Positions 29,484 through 39,274 of a stretch of 64,000 nt of DNA are shown piece after piece. How positions within the stretch are numbered: position 1 is the stretch's first letter; every line of letters starts with the position of its first letter. Both the position numbers and the translations under genes were made by a program. The stretch comes from an uncultured Desulfatitalea sp. (GTDB taxonomy: Bacteria; Desulfobacterota; Desulfobacteria; Desulfobacterales; Desulfosarcinaceae): NCBI GenBank assembly GCA_963668675.2, contig CAXXMB010000002.1, forward strand, positions 2,464,001-2,528,000, read 5' to 3'. Below the pieces are notes generated by a model. That model was not told where the DNA came from, made no database searches, and saw nothing but the letters and a program-made list of their open reading frames with translations.

Positions 29484-30509
29484 ATGACGCGACTTTATAG
29501 ATCGTTCGTTTTTCTTGCCGTATTACTATTTCTGTCCGCATGCGGTGGGCAGAAGGAGTATCAGATCGCCGGGCGGACCATGGGGACCACCTACCACATC
29601 AAGTTTATGGGGGGGCGTTCGGTGGATGTGGCAGCGGTGCAGGTCAGGGTGGATGCGCGGCTGGAAGAGATCAATGAGAGCATGTCCACCTACCGGCCGG
29701 AAAGTGAAATCAGTCGGTTCAATACTTTTGAAGAGGTAAATAAACCTTTTAAGGTGTCGGTTGATTTTTGGAAGGTGATGGTGACGGCCCGGGATATTCA
29801 CCGGATGACGGGAGGTGCCTGGGACGGTACGGTCAATCCGTTGGTGAATTTGTGGGGCTTCGGCAAGGCGGGGCCGCTTCAGCAGATGCCTGCGGCTGAG
29901 GTGGTGGAGCAGGAGCGTCGGCGGGTAGGCTTCGATCACATCGAGGTGGGCGATACGCCTGTGTTGTCCAAGCGGGTGGCCGATGTCACGGTGGACCTGG
30001 CTTCGATTGCCAAGGGGTATGGGGTGGATCGGATTGCCGCTTTGCTCGAAGAGCTGGGATTTGAGCATTTCCTGGTGGAGATTGGCGGTGAGGTGTCTGG
30101 TAAGGGGAAGCGTTTGGATGGTAAGCCGTGGCGGGTGGGGATCAACCGTCCGCGGCCCGATGCGGCGGCCGACGCGGTCTACAAGGTGGTAACATTGCGT
30201 GATGGCGCTTTGGCCACCAGTGGCGACTACCGCAATTTCTACCGGATCGAAGGAGAGATCTACTCGCATATTATCGATCCGCGCACTGGCTATCCGTCGC
30301 AAAATGGGGTGGTCAGTGCTTCAGTGGTAGCCGATACGTGCACCCTGGCTGACGGTCTGGCCACGGCGCTGATGGTGATGGGGCCGGAGAAGGGGGTGGC
30401 GCTGGTCGATACGCTGCCCGGTGTTGAGACCATGATTGTGGTGCGCCATGCGGATGGCCGGTTTACGGATCATCTCTCCCGGGGGATGGCCGCTTTTTTT
30501 GGGGAGTAG
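29484..30509 (+). CDS. apbE: FAD:protein FMN transferase (lipoprotein)
   Basis: LSAC lipobox, TMGTTY, DLASIAKGY, EIGGE, ATSGDYRN, SHIIDPRTG, ADGLATA. Confidence 0.95.
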   Translation: MTRLYRSFVFLAVLLFLSACGGQKEYQIAGRTMGTTYHIKFMGGRSVDVAAVQVRVDARLEEINESMSTYRPESEISRFNTFEEVNKPFKVSVDFWKVMVTARDIHRMTGGAWDGTVNPLVNLWGFGKAGPLQQMPAAEVVEQERRRVGFDHIEVGDTPVLSKRVADVTVDLASIAKGYGVDRIAALLEELGFEHFLVEIGGEVSGKGKRLDGKPWRVGINRPRPDAAADAVYKVVTLRDGALATSGDYRNFYRIEGEIYSHIIDPRTGYPSQNGVVSASVVADTCTLADGLATALMVMGPEKGVALVDTLPGVETMIVVRHADGRFTDHLSRGMAAFFGE

Positions 30510-30802
30510 ATGGTTGTGTTTGGCGTTGACTTTGAATTGCTACTCTTATAAGTATCCCGTGAGTTAAATTCTATCTTAATGATATAAGTTACTTATGCCC
30601 GCTACGCACTTCCGGTTGAGGAAAGGCGCTAGTGAAAGTCGGGGAGGCGGAAGGCGCTTCCGATGCATGCCGCTGGGCGCTGCAGCGCTTGCCGGATGAA
30701 CGAAGCGGCTGATTTTTTTAAAAAAAGGGATGTATGGGGTGTGGTTCGGGCACTGTCCGATGCCGACCCGAATGCACCGAGCGACAAAGGAGGGAGTGCA
30801 TA

Positions 30803-31579
30803 GTGGATATTTTGGTGTTAGTCAAACAAGTTCCGGCGACGGAGTCGTTGATTGCCATTGCCGATGACGGTGTGTCGGTCAAGACCGACGGCGTTAAATT
30901 CGTGATGAATCCATACGATGAGCTGGCGGTGGAGGAGGCGCTGCAGGTGCGCCAAGCCCAGGGCGGCGAGGTGACGATCCTTTCGGTGGGTCCGGCCAAG
31001 GCGGCTGAGGCGATCCGTACCGGTCTGGCCATGGGCGCGGACAGGGGCATTCTCATCGATCCCGGTGATCTGATGTGTGATGGTCTTGCCACGGCCAAGA
31101 TTCTGGCGGCGGCCATCAAGCCGCTCGCCTATGATTTGATCATTGCCGGTCATCGGGCCGTGGACGACGACAGCTTCCAGGTGGCCACGGCGGTGGCGGA
31201 GCTGCTCTCCATTCCCAACATTTCGATGGTGATCAAGCAGGAGCTGGGCGATGGCACCATCCGATGCCAGTGCACGGTCGAAGGGGGCACCAAAGAGGTG
31301 GAGGCACCGCTGCCGGCCCTGATTGCGGCCCAGCGCGGGCTTAACGATCCGCGTTATGCCAGCCTGCCCGGTATCATGAAGGCCAAGAAGAAGCCTCTGG
31401 AGACCAAGAGCCTGGCCGATGTGGGCCTGGATGCTGCCGATCTTCAACCCCTGGTGAAGGTCAAGGCACTCAAAGCCCCTGCCGAGCGCAAAGGGGGGCG
31501 TCTGATAGAGGGCGATTCGGTGCAGGCCAAAGCGGCCGAGCTTGCGCGGCTGCTGCATGAAGAAGCAAAAGTGATTTAG
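30803..31579 (+). CDS. etfB: Electron transfer flavoprotein beta subunit
   Basis: GTG after AAGGAGGGAG. VKQVP, MNPYDELAVEEAL, LAMGAD, PRYASLPGIMKAKKKP. Confidence 0.95.
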   Translation: MDILVLVKQVPATESLIAIADDGVSVKTDGVKFVMNPYDELAVEEALQVRQAQGGEVTILSVGPAKAAEAIRTGLAMGADRGILIDPGDLMCDGLATAKILAAAIKPLAYDLIIAGHRAVDDDSFQVATAVAELLSIPNISMVIKQELGDGTIRCQCTVEGGTKEVEAPLPALIAAQRGLNDPRYASLPGIMKAKKKPLETKSLADVGLDAADLQPLVKVKALKAPAERKGGRLIEGDSVQAKAAELARLLHEEAKVI

Positions 31580-31601
31580 ATAAAAGATAAAGGAGCAGAT
31601 C

Positions 31602-32567
31602 ATGACGCAGAGTGTCTTGGTTGTTGCAGAACAGGTTGAAGGCGTCTTTCGCAAGGTGACCTTCGAGGTCCTTTCCGCAGGCCGGCAATTGGCCGGTCAG
31701 TTGGGTGGTTCGGTGGATGTTGTCGTGTTGGGCAGCGGCATCGAGGGGATGGCAGCCGATTTGGGACAATACGGCGCAGAGAAGATTCTGGTGGCGGACG
31801 ATCCGGCGCTGGCCGATTTCACGACTGAAGCGTATACCAACGCACTGGCCGGCATTGTGGGCCAGGTTCAGCCGGCCGTGATTTTGTTGGGGGCGACGAC
31901 CCAGGGCAAGGATCTGGGGGCCCGGTTGTCGGCTCGATTGAATGCGGCTTTGGCCACCGATGCGGTGGGCCTGCAGGTCGAAGACGGCCAGGTGGTGGCG
32001 ACGCGTCCCATGTATGGCGGCAAGGTGCTGGCCGACGTGGTGCTGTCCGGTGCTCCGGTGATCGTCTCGGTGCGCCCCAATACCCAGACGATTTCCAAGG
32101 AGGCGGGGGCCGGTGCCGTTGAGACGGTGGCTGCCGAGGTGGGTGAGTTGAGCTCCAAGGTGGTGGGCAAGCAGTTCGAGTCCGGCAAGGTGGACCTCAC
32201 CGAGGCCGATGCGGTGGTGACCGGCGGTCGCGGCATGGGTGGGGAGGACTATTCGGCGGTCGAGGCCCTGGCCGACGTGCTCGGCGCCGCTGTGGGTGCA
32301 TCGCGATCGGCGGTGGACGAGGGGTGGCGACCGGCTTCGGATCAGGTGGGCCAGACAGGCAAGACGGTGTCGCCCAATCTCTATGTGGCTTGTGGTGTTT
32401 CGGGTGCGATTCAGCATCTGGCCGGTATGTCGTCTTCCAAGGTGATTGTGGCGATCAACAAGGATGCGGAGGCGCCGATTATTACCAAAGCGGATTATGC
32501 CATTGTCGGGGATCTGTTCGAGGTGGTGCCGGCGCTGACCGAGGAGATCAAGAAGATCAAGGGATAG
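31602..32567 (+). CDS. etfA: Electron transfer flavoprotein alpha subunit
   Basis: GGRGMG, GASR, QVGQTGKTV, GVSGAIQHLAGM, AINKD. Confidence 0.96.
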   Translation: MTQSVLVVAEQVEGVFRKVTFEVLSAGRQLAGQLGGSVDVVVLGSGIEGMAADLGQYGAEKILVADDPALADFTTEAYTNALAGIVGQVQPAVILLGATTQGKDLGARLSARLNAALATDAVGLQVEDGQVVATRPMYGGKVLADVVLSGAPVIVSVRPNTQTISKEAGAGAVETVAAEVGELSSKVVGKQFESGKVDLTEADAVVTGGRGMGGEDYSAVEALADVLGAAVGASRSAVDEGWRPASDQVGQTGKTVSPNLYVACGVSGAIQHLAGMSSSKVIVAINKDAEAPIITKADYAIVGDLFEVVPALTEEIKKIKG

Positions 32568-32620
32568 TTGGCGGAGATGCTTTGCCGTCTTGCAATTCCG
32601 GTTGTATGCCGATAGATGAT

Positions 32621-32650
32621 AAAGGTCGCCTCCTCGGGGGGCGGCCTTTT
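32621..32650 (+). terminator. Intrinsic terminator after etfA
   Basis: AAAGGTCGCCTCC-TCG-GGGGGCGGCCTTTT. Confidence 0.75.
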
Positions 32651-32709
32651 AGATTTCAGCTAGTTGTTTCTGAAAATTGGTCTAAATGTGTCTGGATGAT
32701 TAGAGAGCC

Positions 32710-32890
32710 GGTGAAGTGGTCAGGGGGCATCCAATGCGACGCTCCATGGTTTAACTGCCGCTAAGGCACAGCTCCAGGCGGCCCGGAAACTCGCTTCGCT
32801 CAAACAGTCCGGGCCGCTTATCTTCCGCAGCGCCTAAGCGGCAGTAAAACCATACGCTGAATGCATTGGATGCCCCCTGACCACCTCACC
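32710..32890 (+). repeat. ~180-bp hairpin element, copy 3
   Basis: 28-bp outer stem with the same core as copies 1 and 2. Confidence 0.9.
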
Positions 32891-32916
32891 TCCCGTGAAT
32901 AATCTTACGGAAAGTG

Positions 32917-33047
32917 TAGAGCGTGAGCAATTCGTAAGAAGCTGCTCACCCGTCATGCCGGATTTGATCCGGCATCCAGAAGCAATTGAAAAGACAGGAT
33001 TTCGGATTTCGACGGAATGACGTTATAAGCTGTTTTCACACGCTCTA
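32917..33047. mobile_element. MITE-like shell containing a GTCATGCCGG-type palindromic repeat doublet
   Basis: Ends TAGAGCGTG / CACGCTCTA. Internal CGTCATGCCGGATTTGATCCGGCATCCAG ... GGATTTCGGATTTCGACGGAATGACG. Confidence 0.6.
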
Positions 33048-33088
33048 TCATGGCTTGATGTTTTGCATGCAATCGACAGTAAGAAATT

Positions 33089-34414
33089 ATGCGCATTTAT
33101 CTTGAAAGTCTGGGCTGCGCCCGTAACCAGGTGGACAGTGAGACCATGCTGGCCCAGCTTGGATCGGCCGGCATGGAGATCGTAGCTGACCCGGCTGTGG
33201 CCGATGCCATCGTGGTGAACACGTGTGCTTTCATCGAGGCGGCGGCGGACGAGGCCATCGATTCGATCCTTACGCTGGCCCGTTTCAAACGGGAGGGACG
33301 CTGCCGGCGACTGATTGTGACCGGCTGCCTTCCCGAACGTTACCGTGAGCCGATTTCAGAGGCTTTGCCGGAAGTGGACCTTTTTTTGGGGACGGGCGCT
33401 TATGATCGTATTGTGGCTGCGGTAAAGGGTGGGATGGCTTCCGGCACTTGCCTGCTGCCCGATCCGGATGCCGTGGATGTGCGTCTTCCGGTGGCCAGGA
33501 GTCCACTGACGGCTCATACGGCCTATTTAAAGATTGCCGAGGGGTGCAGCCGGCACTGCACTTACTGTATCATTCCTAAGCTGCGCGGGCGTCAGCGCAG
33601 CCGTCCATTGGAGACGATTCTGGAGGAGGCGCGGGTGTTGATTGCCGATGGGGCCAGGGAGCTGACCTTGGTAGCTCAGGAGACCACGGCCTATGGGCGA
33701 GATCTGGATCCGCCAGGAGATATGGCCGGACTACTGGGGTCGCTGGCCGGGTTGGAACGGTCAGTTTGGATCCGGGTGATGTATGGCCATCCGGAGAGCA
33801 TTACGCCGGAGATGATCCGGGCTATAGCTGAGCATGATAATATTTGCCCCTACCTGGATATTCCTATCCAGCATGCCGCGGAGGGGGTGCTCAAACGCAT
33901 GGGGCGTCGCTATCAGGCTGAGGAGCTGCTGCTCCTGTTCGACGGTTTGCGCCGTGCGATTCCGGATGTGGCCCTGCGCACTACGGTGTTGGTGGGGTTT
34001 CCCGGTGAAAGCGAAAACGATTTCGAGCAGTTGAAGAGGTTTGTTGCCCAGGTGGGGTTTGATCATCTGGGGGTGTTCGCCTATTCGGATGCCGAAGATC
34101 TACCGTCTCACCGCCTGGATGAACATGTGGCACCTGAGGTGGCCGAGGCGCGCTGCGATGAACTGATGGCCATGCAGCGGGATATATCGGCCCACAATCT
34201 GACCCGCTACCTGGGTCGGAATCTCAATGTTCTGATCGAAGCCCGCGAGGAGGATGGGTTTTGGATGGGGCGCACGGTTTTTCAGGCGCCCGAGGTCGAT
34301 GGCCTCACCTTCATTCGGCCCCCCGGGCCGGATCGAACGATGGCGGTCGGTGAGGTGGTTCCGGTGCGTATCGTCGAGAGCATGGACTACGACTTGATTG
34401 CAGAGGTGATATGA
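33089..34414 (+). CDS. rimO: Ribosomal protein S12 methylthiotransferase
   Basis: SLGCARNQVDSE, NTCAFIE, AYLKIAEGCSRHCTYC, QAPEVDG. Confidence 0.95.
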   Translation: MRIYLESLGCARNQVDSETMLAQLGSAGMEIVADPAVADAIVVNTCAFIEAAADEAIDSILTLARFKREGRCRRLIVTGCLPERYREPISEALPEVDLFLGTGAYDRIVAAVKGGMASGTCLLPDPDAVDVRLPVARSPLTAHTAYLKIAEGCSRHCTYCIIPKLRGRQRSRPLETILEEARVLIADGARELTLVAQETTAYGRDLDPPGDMAGLLGSLAGLERSVWIRVMYGHPESITPEMIRAIAEHDNICPYLDIPIQHAAEGVLKRMGRRYQAEELLLLFDGLRRAIPDVALRTTVLVGFPGESENDFEQLKRFVAQVGFDHLGVFAYSDAEDLPSHRLDEHVAPEVAEARCDELMAMQRDISAHNLTRYLGRNLNVLIEAREEDGFWMGRTVFQAPEVDGLTFIRPPGPDRTMAVGEVVPVRIVESMDYDLIAEVI

Positions 34415-35391
34415 GCGATCTGAAACAGAAGATTCTGGCGGCTGTGCGAGAGGATTTGGTTTGCGTCGAAAAGGCCCTGGCGGATCATCTTCATCCCCAT
34501 TTCGAGCTGGTCGGGCAGGTGGCCGGGCACCTGCTGTTTGCCGGCGGCAAGCGGCTGCGGCCTTTGTTAATGATACGGGCGGCCCGGTTGTGTGGATGTG
34601 AAAAGCAGGACCTGGCCCAGTTTGCGGTCATCTTCGAATACCTCCATGCGGCCACGCTGATGCATGACGATGTGGTGGATGGTGCCCGGCTGCGTCGTGG
34701 CAAAGCAGTGGCCCACAACGTCTGGGACCCGCCCACGGCGGTATTGACCGGTGATTTTTTGCTGGCGCGTTCCCTCTCCCTTGCGGCCCGCACGGGGTTG
34801 CCCGAGGTGATCGAGGTGATTGCCGGGATTACCGAGCAGATGTCCCAGGGCGAGATTCGGCAACTCGCCCACAAAGGGGATGTGGCGCTGGGCGAGACGA
34901 TCTATTTGGATGTGATTCGCTGCAAGACGGCGGTTTTGTTCCAGGGTGCCTGTCGGACGGGGGCGTTGATCGCGGCGGCGGCACCGGATCAGGCGGCGGC
35001 GATGGACGCTTACGGGTTTCATCTGGGCTTGGCGTTTCAGATGGCCGACGACCTTCTGGACTACACCCAAAGCACGGCGGATTTAGGCAAAGCGGCCGGC
35101 GCGGACCTGCGGGAGGGTAAACTGACCCTGCCGGTGATCCGAACCCTCGAGCAGGCCGAAGAGGCCGATCGGGTGTGGATCGAGGCGCTGATCCGGAATC
35201 CTGACTTTTCAACAGCCGAATTCGAGCGGCTGATTGCCCTGATGGGTGACTATGGCGGCATTGAGTATACCCGTCAATGCGCGGCGGACCATGTCCGGCA
35301 GGCCAAGGAGGCGCTTGGCGGTTTTGAAGACAACGACCACCGTCGGCTGTTGTGCGATATTGCCGAGTATGCCTGGTCCAGGAGCTCTTGA
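34411..35391 (+). CDS. Long-chain polyprenyl diphosphate synthase (IspB/HepT-like)
   Basis: GGKRLRP, HDDVVD....RRG, FQMADDLLD, DLREGKLTLP. Confidence 0.92.
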   Translation: MSDLKQKILAAVREDLVCVEKALADHLHPHFELVGQVAGHLLFAGGKRLRPLLMIRAARLCGCEKQDLAQFAVIFEYLHAATLMHDDVVDGARLRRGKAVAHNVWDPPTAVLTGDFLLARSLSLAARTGLPEVIEVIAGITEQMSQGEIRQLAHKGDVALGETIYLDVIRCKTAVLFQGACRTGALIAAAAPDQAAAMDAYGFHLGLAFQMADDLLDYTQSTADLGKAAGADLREGKLTLPVIRTLEQAEEADRVWIEALIRNPDFSTAEFERLIALMGDYGGIEYTRQCAADHVRQAKEALGGFEDNDHRRLLCDIAEYAWSRSS

Positions 35392-35482
35392 CACGCAGTG
35401 ACTTACCATTTTTGAATGCCACTTGGGGGCCGGCCATGATATGATCGGCTTCAATGGACAATCGCACGGACAAGGAGGAATC

Positions 35483-36664
35483 ATGCAGATGGCAATGGGG
35501 CTGAAACGATGGATGGCGATGCTGGCCGTAATGATGGTCGCTCTGCCTTCGGCCTGGGCCCAGCCTGCCAAGAGTGAAAATTTGGTCTATGTGGTCGGCA
35601 CCAGCCAGATCCGCAACGGCGATATGTCGACGGCCCGGCAGGAGGCCATTGAGGATGGGTTGGTCACGGCTGTCAGTCAGACCCTCACCGAACTGTTGCC
35701 GTCCGAAAGCATCGCCGGTAATTTTCAGGTGCTCAATGAGTCCATTTTGAGCCGGACAGAGAAGTTTGTCAGGGACTATCAAGTGATGGCGGAATCCCCG
35801 TTGGGCGATACCTATCGGCTCATGGCGCGCACCACCGTCTCCATCGACCGGCTCGAGGGGGCGATCAAAGCGGCCGGCATTCGACTGGGTAAGGCACGAT
35901 ATCCGAGGGTGCTGTTGTGCATCGCTGAGAAGGGCTTCGGCGATGACGGTCCAAGCTACTGGTGGGGTGGGCAGCCGGCCCTGGGCGGCCGAATCGCTGC
36001 CAGTGCGTTGACGAAGGCCCTGATTGATGCGGGCTTTAAGGTCGTTCAGCCCGATACGGGTTTCGCTGGTGCCGGGTTGCCGGCTGAATTGAGCGTTGAA
36101 CAGGCTCAGGCGCTGGCCAAACGGCACGGCGCCGAAGTGGTGGTGGTCGGCCTGGCCGTCGTTGAAGCGGCGGCCAATACCATGGGCGGCGATGTCCGCT
36201 CCTATCGCGCTACGGTCTCGACCCGGGCCTATCGTGCCTCCGATGGTCGGGTGCTGACGGAGATCCGCGACAGCGCCCTGTCGGCGGCTGAAGATCCCGA
36301 GACGGGCAGCCGCGAAGGGATTGAAAATGCAGCCGCTCTAGCGGGTCCGCCTCTGAGCGATCAACTCGCCAAGGCGTGGTTCCGGCAGGGCGCCGGAAGC
36401 GCCCCCATTACGTTGCGTGTGCAGGGCATCGGAGGCCACATCGCCGATTTCGTGAAGTTCCGCGGTGCGTTGGGAACCATGTCGGGTGTTGATGCGTTGC
36501 AGTTGAAAGAGATGATGACCGACTCGGCTGCACTGGCCGTCCGGTATCAGGGCAATGCCCGCGCTTTGGCTGATGCCGTTCTGCTGCTCAATTTCGATAC
36601 CTTCGGCATCGATATCGAACTGGTCGGGGCCGACGAGATTCGACTGAGGTTGGTACCGCGATAG
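35483..36664 (+). CDS. Exported hypothetical protein (FlgT-N-like N-terminal region)
   Basis: AAGGAGG RBS, signal peptide ending AWA, ARQEAIEDGL..AV motif. Confidence 0.7.
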   Translation: MQMAMGLKRWMAMLAVMMVALPSAWAQPAKSENLVYVVGTSQIRNGDMSTARQEAIEDGLVTAVSQTLTELLPSESIAGNFQVLNESILSRTEKFVRDYQVMAESPLGDTYRLMARTTVSIDRLEGAIKAAGIRLGKARYPRVLLCIAEKGFGDDGPSYWWGGQPALGGRIAASALTKALIDAGFKVVQPDTGFAGAGLPAELSVEQAQALAKRHGAEVVVVGLAVVEAAANTMGGDVRSYRATVSTRAYRASDGRVLTEIRDSALSAAEDPETGSREGIENAAALAGPPLSDQLAKAWFRQGAGSAPITLRVQGIGGHIADFVKFRGALGTMSGVDALQLKEMMTDSAALAVRYQGNARALADAVLLLNFDTFGIDIELVGADEIRLRLVPR

Positions 36665-36673
36665 GGGAGTGTT

Positions 36674-37228
36674 TTGAGTCGATTCAGTTCGCCCATCAAT
36701 ATTCCCAACATCCTGACGCTGGTGAGAATTCTTCTCACACCGGTGTTTGTCATTCTGCTGCTGCGTCAGCTCTATCCCCATGCGCTGGCGGTGTTCATCT
36801 TCGCCGGACTCAGTGACGGGTTGGACGGATTTATCGCCCGCTACTTCAATCAGCGCACGGCCCTCGGCGCCTACCTCGACCCCACGGCAGACAAGCTGCT
36901 GCTGGTCTCTTCCTATGTGGCCCTCTCTGTGCTCCAGGTGATTCCCGCCTGGGTGGCCGTGGTGGTGATCACCCGGGATGTAATCATCGTCGTCGGTATT
37001 GCGATCTTTACGCTTTTTGAAAAGGCATACGCAGTGCGGCCGAGCATCCTGAGCAAGTGCACCACTACCCTTCAAATTCTGCTGGTGGCCGTTTCGCTCT
37101 TCGATCCGGACCACATCCGAATGGCGGCCCTGCATCCTCCGCTACTCTGGGCGACTGCCAGTCTGACCGTTCTCTCGGGGCTGCACTATATCTACATCGG
37201 GATGAATATTTTGCAGGAGCCGGGTTAG
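36674..37228 (+). CDS. pgsA: CDP-alcohol phosphatidyltransferase (PgsA-like)
   Basis: NIPNILTLVR, SDGLDGFIAR...GAYLDPTADK. Confidence 0.88.
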   Translation: MSRFSSPINIPNILTLVRILLTPVFVILLLRQLYPHALAVFIFAGLSDGLDGFIARYFNQRTALGAYLDPTADKLLLVSSYVALSVLQVIPAWVAVVVITRDVIIVVGIAIFTLFEKAYAVRPSILSKCTTTLQILLVAVSLFDPDHIRMAALHPPLLWATASLTVLSGLHYIYIGMNILQEPG

Positions 37229-37249
37229 ACTGGATCGGTATGCGCCGGA

Positions 37250-38359
37250 TCAGGCGAGAAAATGCGTTTCGCCGTGTTTGATATCCACCCATCGATCCAA
37301 CAACCCTTCCTTTTCCATCACTGCGCGCAGGTCCATGGGCGGGAAGTGCACCGGCTCGTCTCCCAGGCGGAAAGTGCCCCAATGGACCACCATCAGCTGT
37401 TTGGCGCCAAGCTGTTTGAATGCGGTCACCGTCTCTTCCGGATTCATGTGGCTGGGCGCCATGAACCAACGCGGTTCGTAGGCACCGAGATTGACGATGG
37501 CCAGATCGATGTCGAATTGGCTGCCGATCTCGCGGAATCCGTCGAAGAAGGCAGTGTCACCGGAGACGTAAATGGTTTTCCCGCCGGCGGTCTCCACCAC
37601 ATAGGATCCCCATAGGGCACGGTTGGGACCTGAAAAGGGGTTTCGCATGGTCCAGTGGTTGCAGGGCAGAAAGGTGATTTTGCGCTTTCCGTCGCTGTAG
37701 GTCTCATACCAGTCCAGAGGACTGCGGTTGGTCATCCCCAGGCCATCGAGCAGGTTGTCATACCCGAGCGGCGCGACCACATGCGTGTTGGCATTGAAGA
37801 GAGAGAGCGATCCTTTGTCGAAATGGTCGTAGTGGCCATGGGTGAGGAGGATGTGATCGGCGGCCGGCATTTCAGTGACGTCAAAATCGAGCGGTGAAAA
37901 ATCGCGAATAAACCAGAAGATGTCATTGAATACCGGATCGACGATCAGGTGGCGATCCTGGTCTTTGATCAGCACTGAGGCGTGTTTGATAAAGGTGACT
38001 GAAACGCCGTCCGATTTTCCCAGCCTATCCCAATCCACGCGGACCGGCGTCACCGGCTGTTCGTCCAGGTGTGATCGATATTCATTTTCGCTGAACAGCT
38101 TCCAGTGCAGCAGTTCGCCCAAGCCTTTTCTGCGCCGTGCCTTGCCCAGTGGATTGATAAAGCGGCCCTCCGTGCCGTGATGCACCTTGCGGGCGGCCAA
38201 CTCCTTGAGGGTGGTTCCGTCGAGCAGGTTGTAGTGGATTTCATCGCGGCTCGTTTCATCGATGGCTGCGCGGGCGACGCACCCAGGTATCATCTGGAGA
38301 AGGAGCATGGCTTTGAGCCCCTGCGTCATCTTCTGGATAAATGCTCTGCGTCCCATCAT
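37250..38359 (-). CDS. MBL-fold metallo-hydrolase (NAPE-PLD/RomA-like), probable Tat export
   Basis: MMGRRAFIQK twin-arginine start. THGHYDH, SGDT, GAYEPRWFM..SHMNPEE, HWGTF. Confidence 0.88.
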   Translation of the reverse strand: MMGRRAFIQKMTQGLKAMLLLQMIPGCVARAAIDETSRDEIHYNLLDGTTLKELAARKVHHGTEGRFINPLGKARRRKGLGELLHWKLFSENEYRSHLDEQPVTPVRVDWDRLGKSDGVSVTFIKHASVLIKDQDRHLIVDPVFNDIFWFIRDFSPLDFDVTEMPAADHILLTHGHYDHFDKGSLSLFNANTHVVAPLGYDNLLDGLGMTNRSPLDWYETYSDGKRKITFLPCNHWTMRNPFSGPNRALWGSYVVETAGGKTIYVSGDTAFFDGFREIGSQFDIDLAIVNLGAYEPRWFMAPSHMNPEETVTAFKQLGAKQLMVVHWGTFRLGDEPVHFPPMDLRAVMEKEGLLDRWVDIKHGETHFLA

Positions 38360-38482
38360 GAGATTGCCTTTCAGCCGTCGCTTGAGTCCAGGTTTAAAGG
38401 GTAAGCTAACACCGATCGGGCCGAGGTCAATCCGAATGCGGGCAAGGCTGCCGGATTGCTGGTTCTCCAGCCTGATTTGGCC

Positions 38483-38511
38483 TTGACAGAGATAGGCGCT
38501 GGTGTTAACAA
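38483..38511 (+). promoter_or_regulatory. Possible sigma70 promoter of tRNA-Val
   Basis: TTGACA-17 bp-TAACAA with TG extension, 13 bp before the tRNA. Confidence 0.5.
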
Positions 38512-38524
38512 AGCCGTTACTTTC

Positions 38525-38599
38525 AGGCACGTAGCTCAGGGGGAGAGCGCTACCCTGACACGGTAGAAGTCGGGAGTTCAAATCTCCCCGTGCCTACCA
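38525..38599 (+). tRNA. tRNA-Val(GAC)
   Basis: AGGCACG acceptor stem, TAGCTCAG, CTACC-CT-GAC-AC-GGTAG, GTTCAAATC, CCA end. Confidence 0.97.
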
Positions 38600-38689
38600 T
38601 TTAGGGCGGAAGGGTTGCGAGGTGTTCGCAGCCCTTTTTCTCTTTACAGTGCCGGAAAACAGAACGATAAAGCCAATATGGAGAGAGAC

Positions 38690-39226
38690 ATGTATTTGCG
38701 CTGTCGACGACCCGCTGCCTGGTGGTTCCTGGTGCTGGGGCTCTGGCTCCTTTCCGGCTGTGCCCGGCCGCAAGTGGCTGGTGTCGCTCCCATGGATTGG
38801 ACCGTGGCCAGCAGCGGCGCCTATAGCAGCGATCGGGGACGGTTTTTTTGGGGCATCGGCAGGGCATCGGGCCTGCGCAGTACCACCTTGCTGCGTGCCA
38901 CGGCCGACAACCAGGCCCAGAGCGAGATGGCCGATCTGCTTCAGGTCTACCTGGCGTCGCTGGCTGGAGCGGTGGGGATCGATACCTCAAGGCCCGTGAA
39001 CCGGCAGATGATCTACGAGATGCGTCAGACTGTCATGAAGCAGGCCCGCATTGTCGACCATCGATACAGTGATGGTTCCGGTGTCGTAATGGCATTGTGC
39101 CGGCTGGATCTGGAGGCGCTTAAAAGGGTCCTGGAAACCAATCGCTATGCTGACGCGGCTGTGACAAAGCGCCTTCTGCTCGAGGCAGACCAGGTGCATG
39201 GCAAGATGGCTGACAGGGATAAGTAA
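38690..39226 (+). CDS. Lipoprotein (LPP20-like)
   Basis: LLSGC lipobox; FWGIGRASG...RATADNQAQSEMA. Confidence 0.7.
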   Translation: MYLRCRRPAAWWFLVLGLWLLSGCARPQVAGVAPMDWTVASSGAYSSDRGRFFWGIGRASGLRSTTLLRATADNQAQSEMADLLQVYLASLAGAVGIDTSRPVNRQMIYEMRQTVMKQARIVDHRYSDGSGVVMALCRLDLEALKRVLETNRYADAAVTKRLLLEADQVHGKMADRDK

Positions 39227-39274
39227 TCTCTGACGGCCATCATTCCATTCAAATGTCGGAAAAGAGTAATATTT

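Noticed and set aside
30560..30800. Riboswitch in the etfB leader
   Set aside because: There are GC-rich hairpins and a T-run, but no recognisable aptamer consensus or convincing nested structure.
38360..38581. N-terminal extension of the MBL hydrolase ORF
   Set aside because: It runs antisense through tRNA-Val and its promoter. The twin-arginine start at 38359 is more credible.
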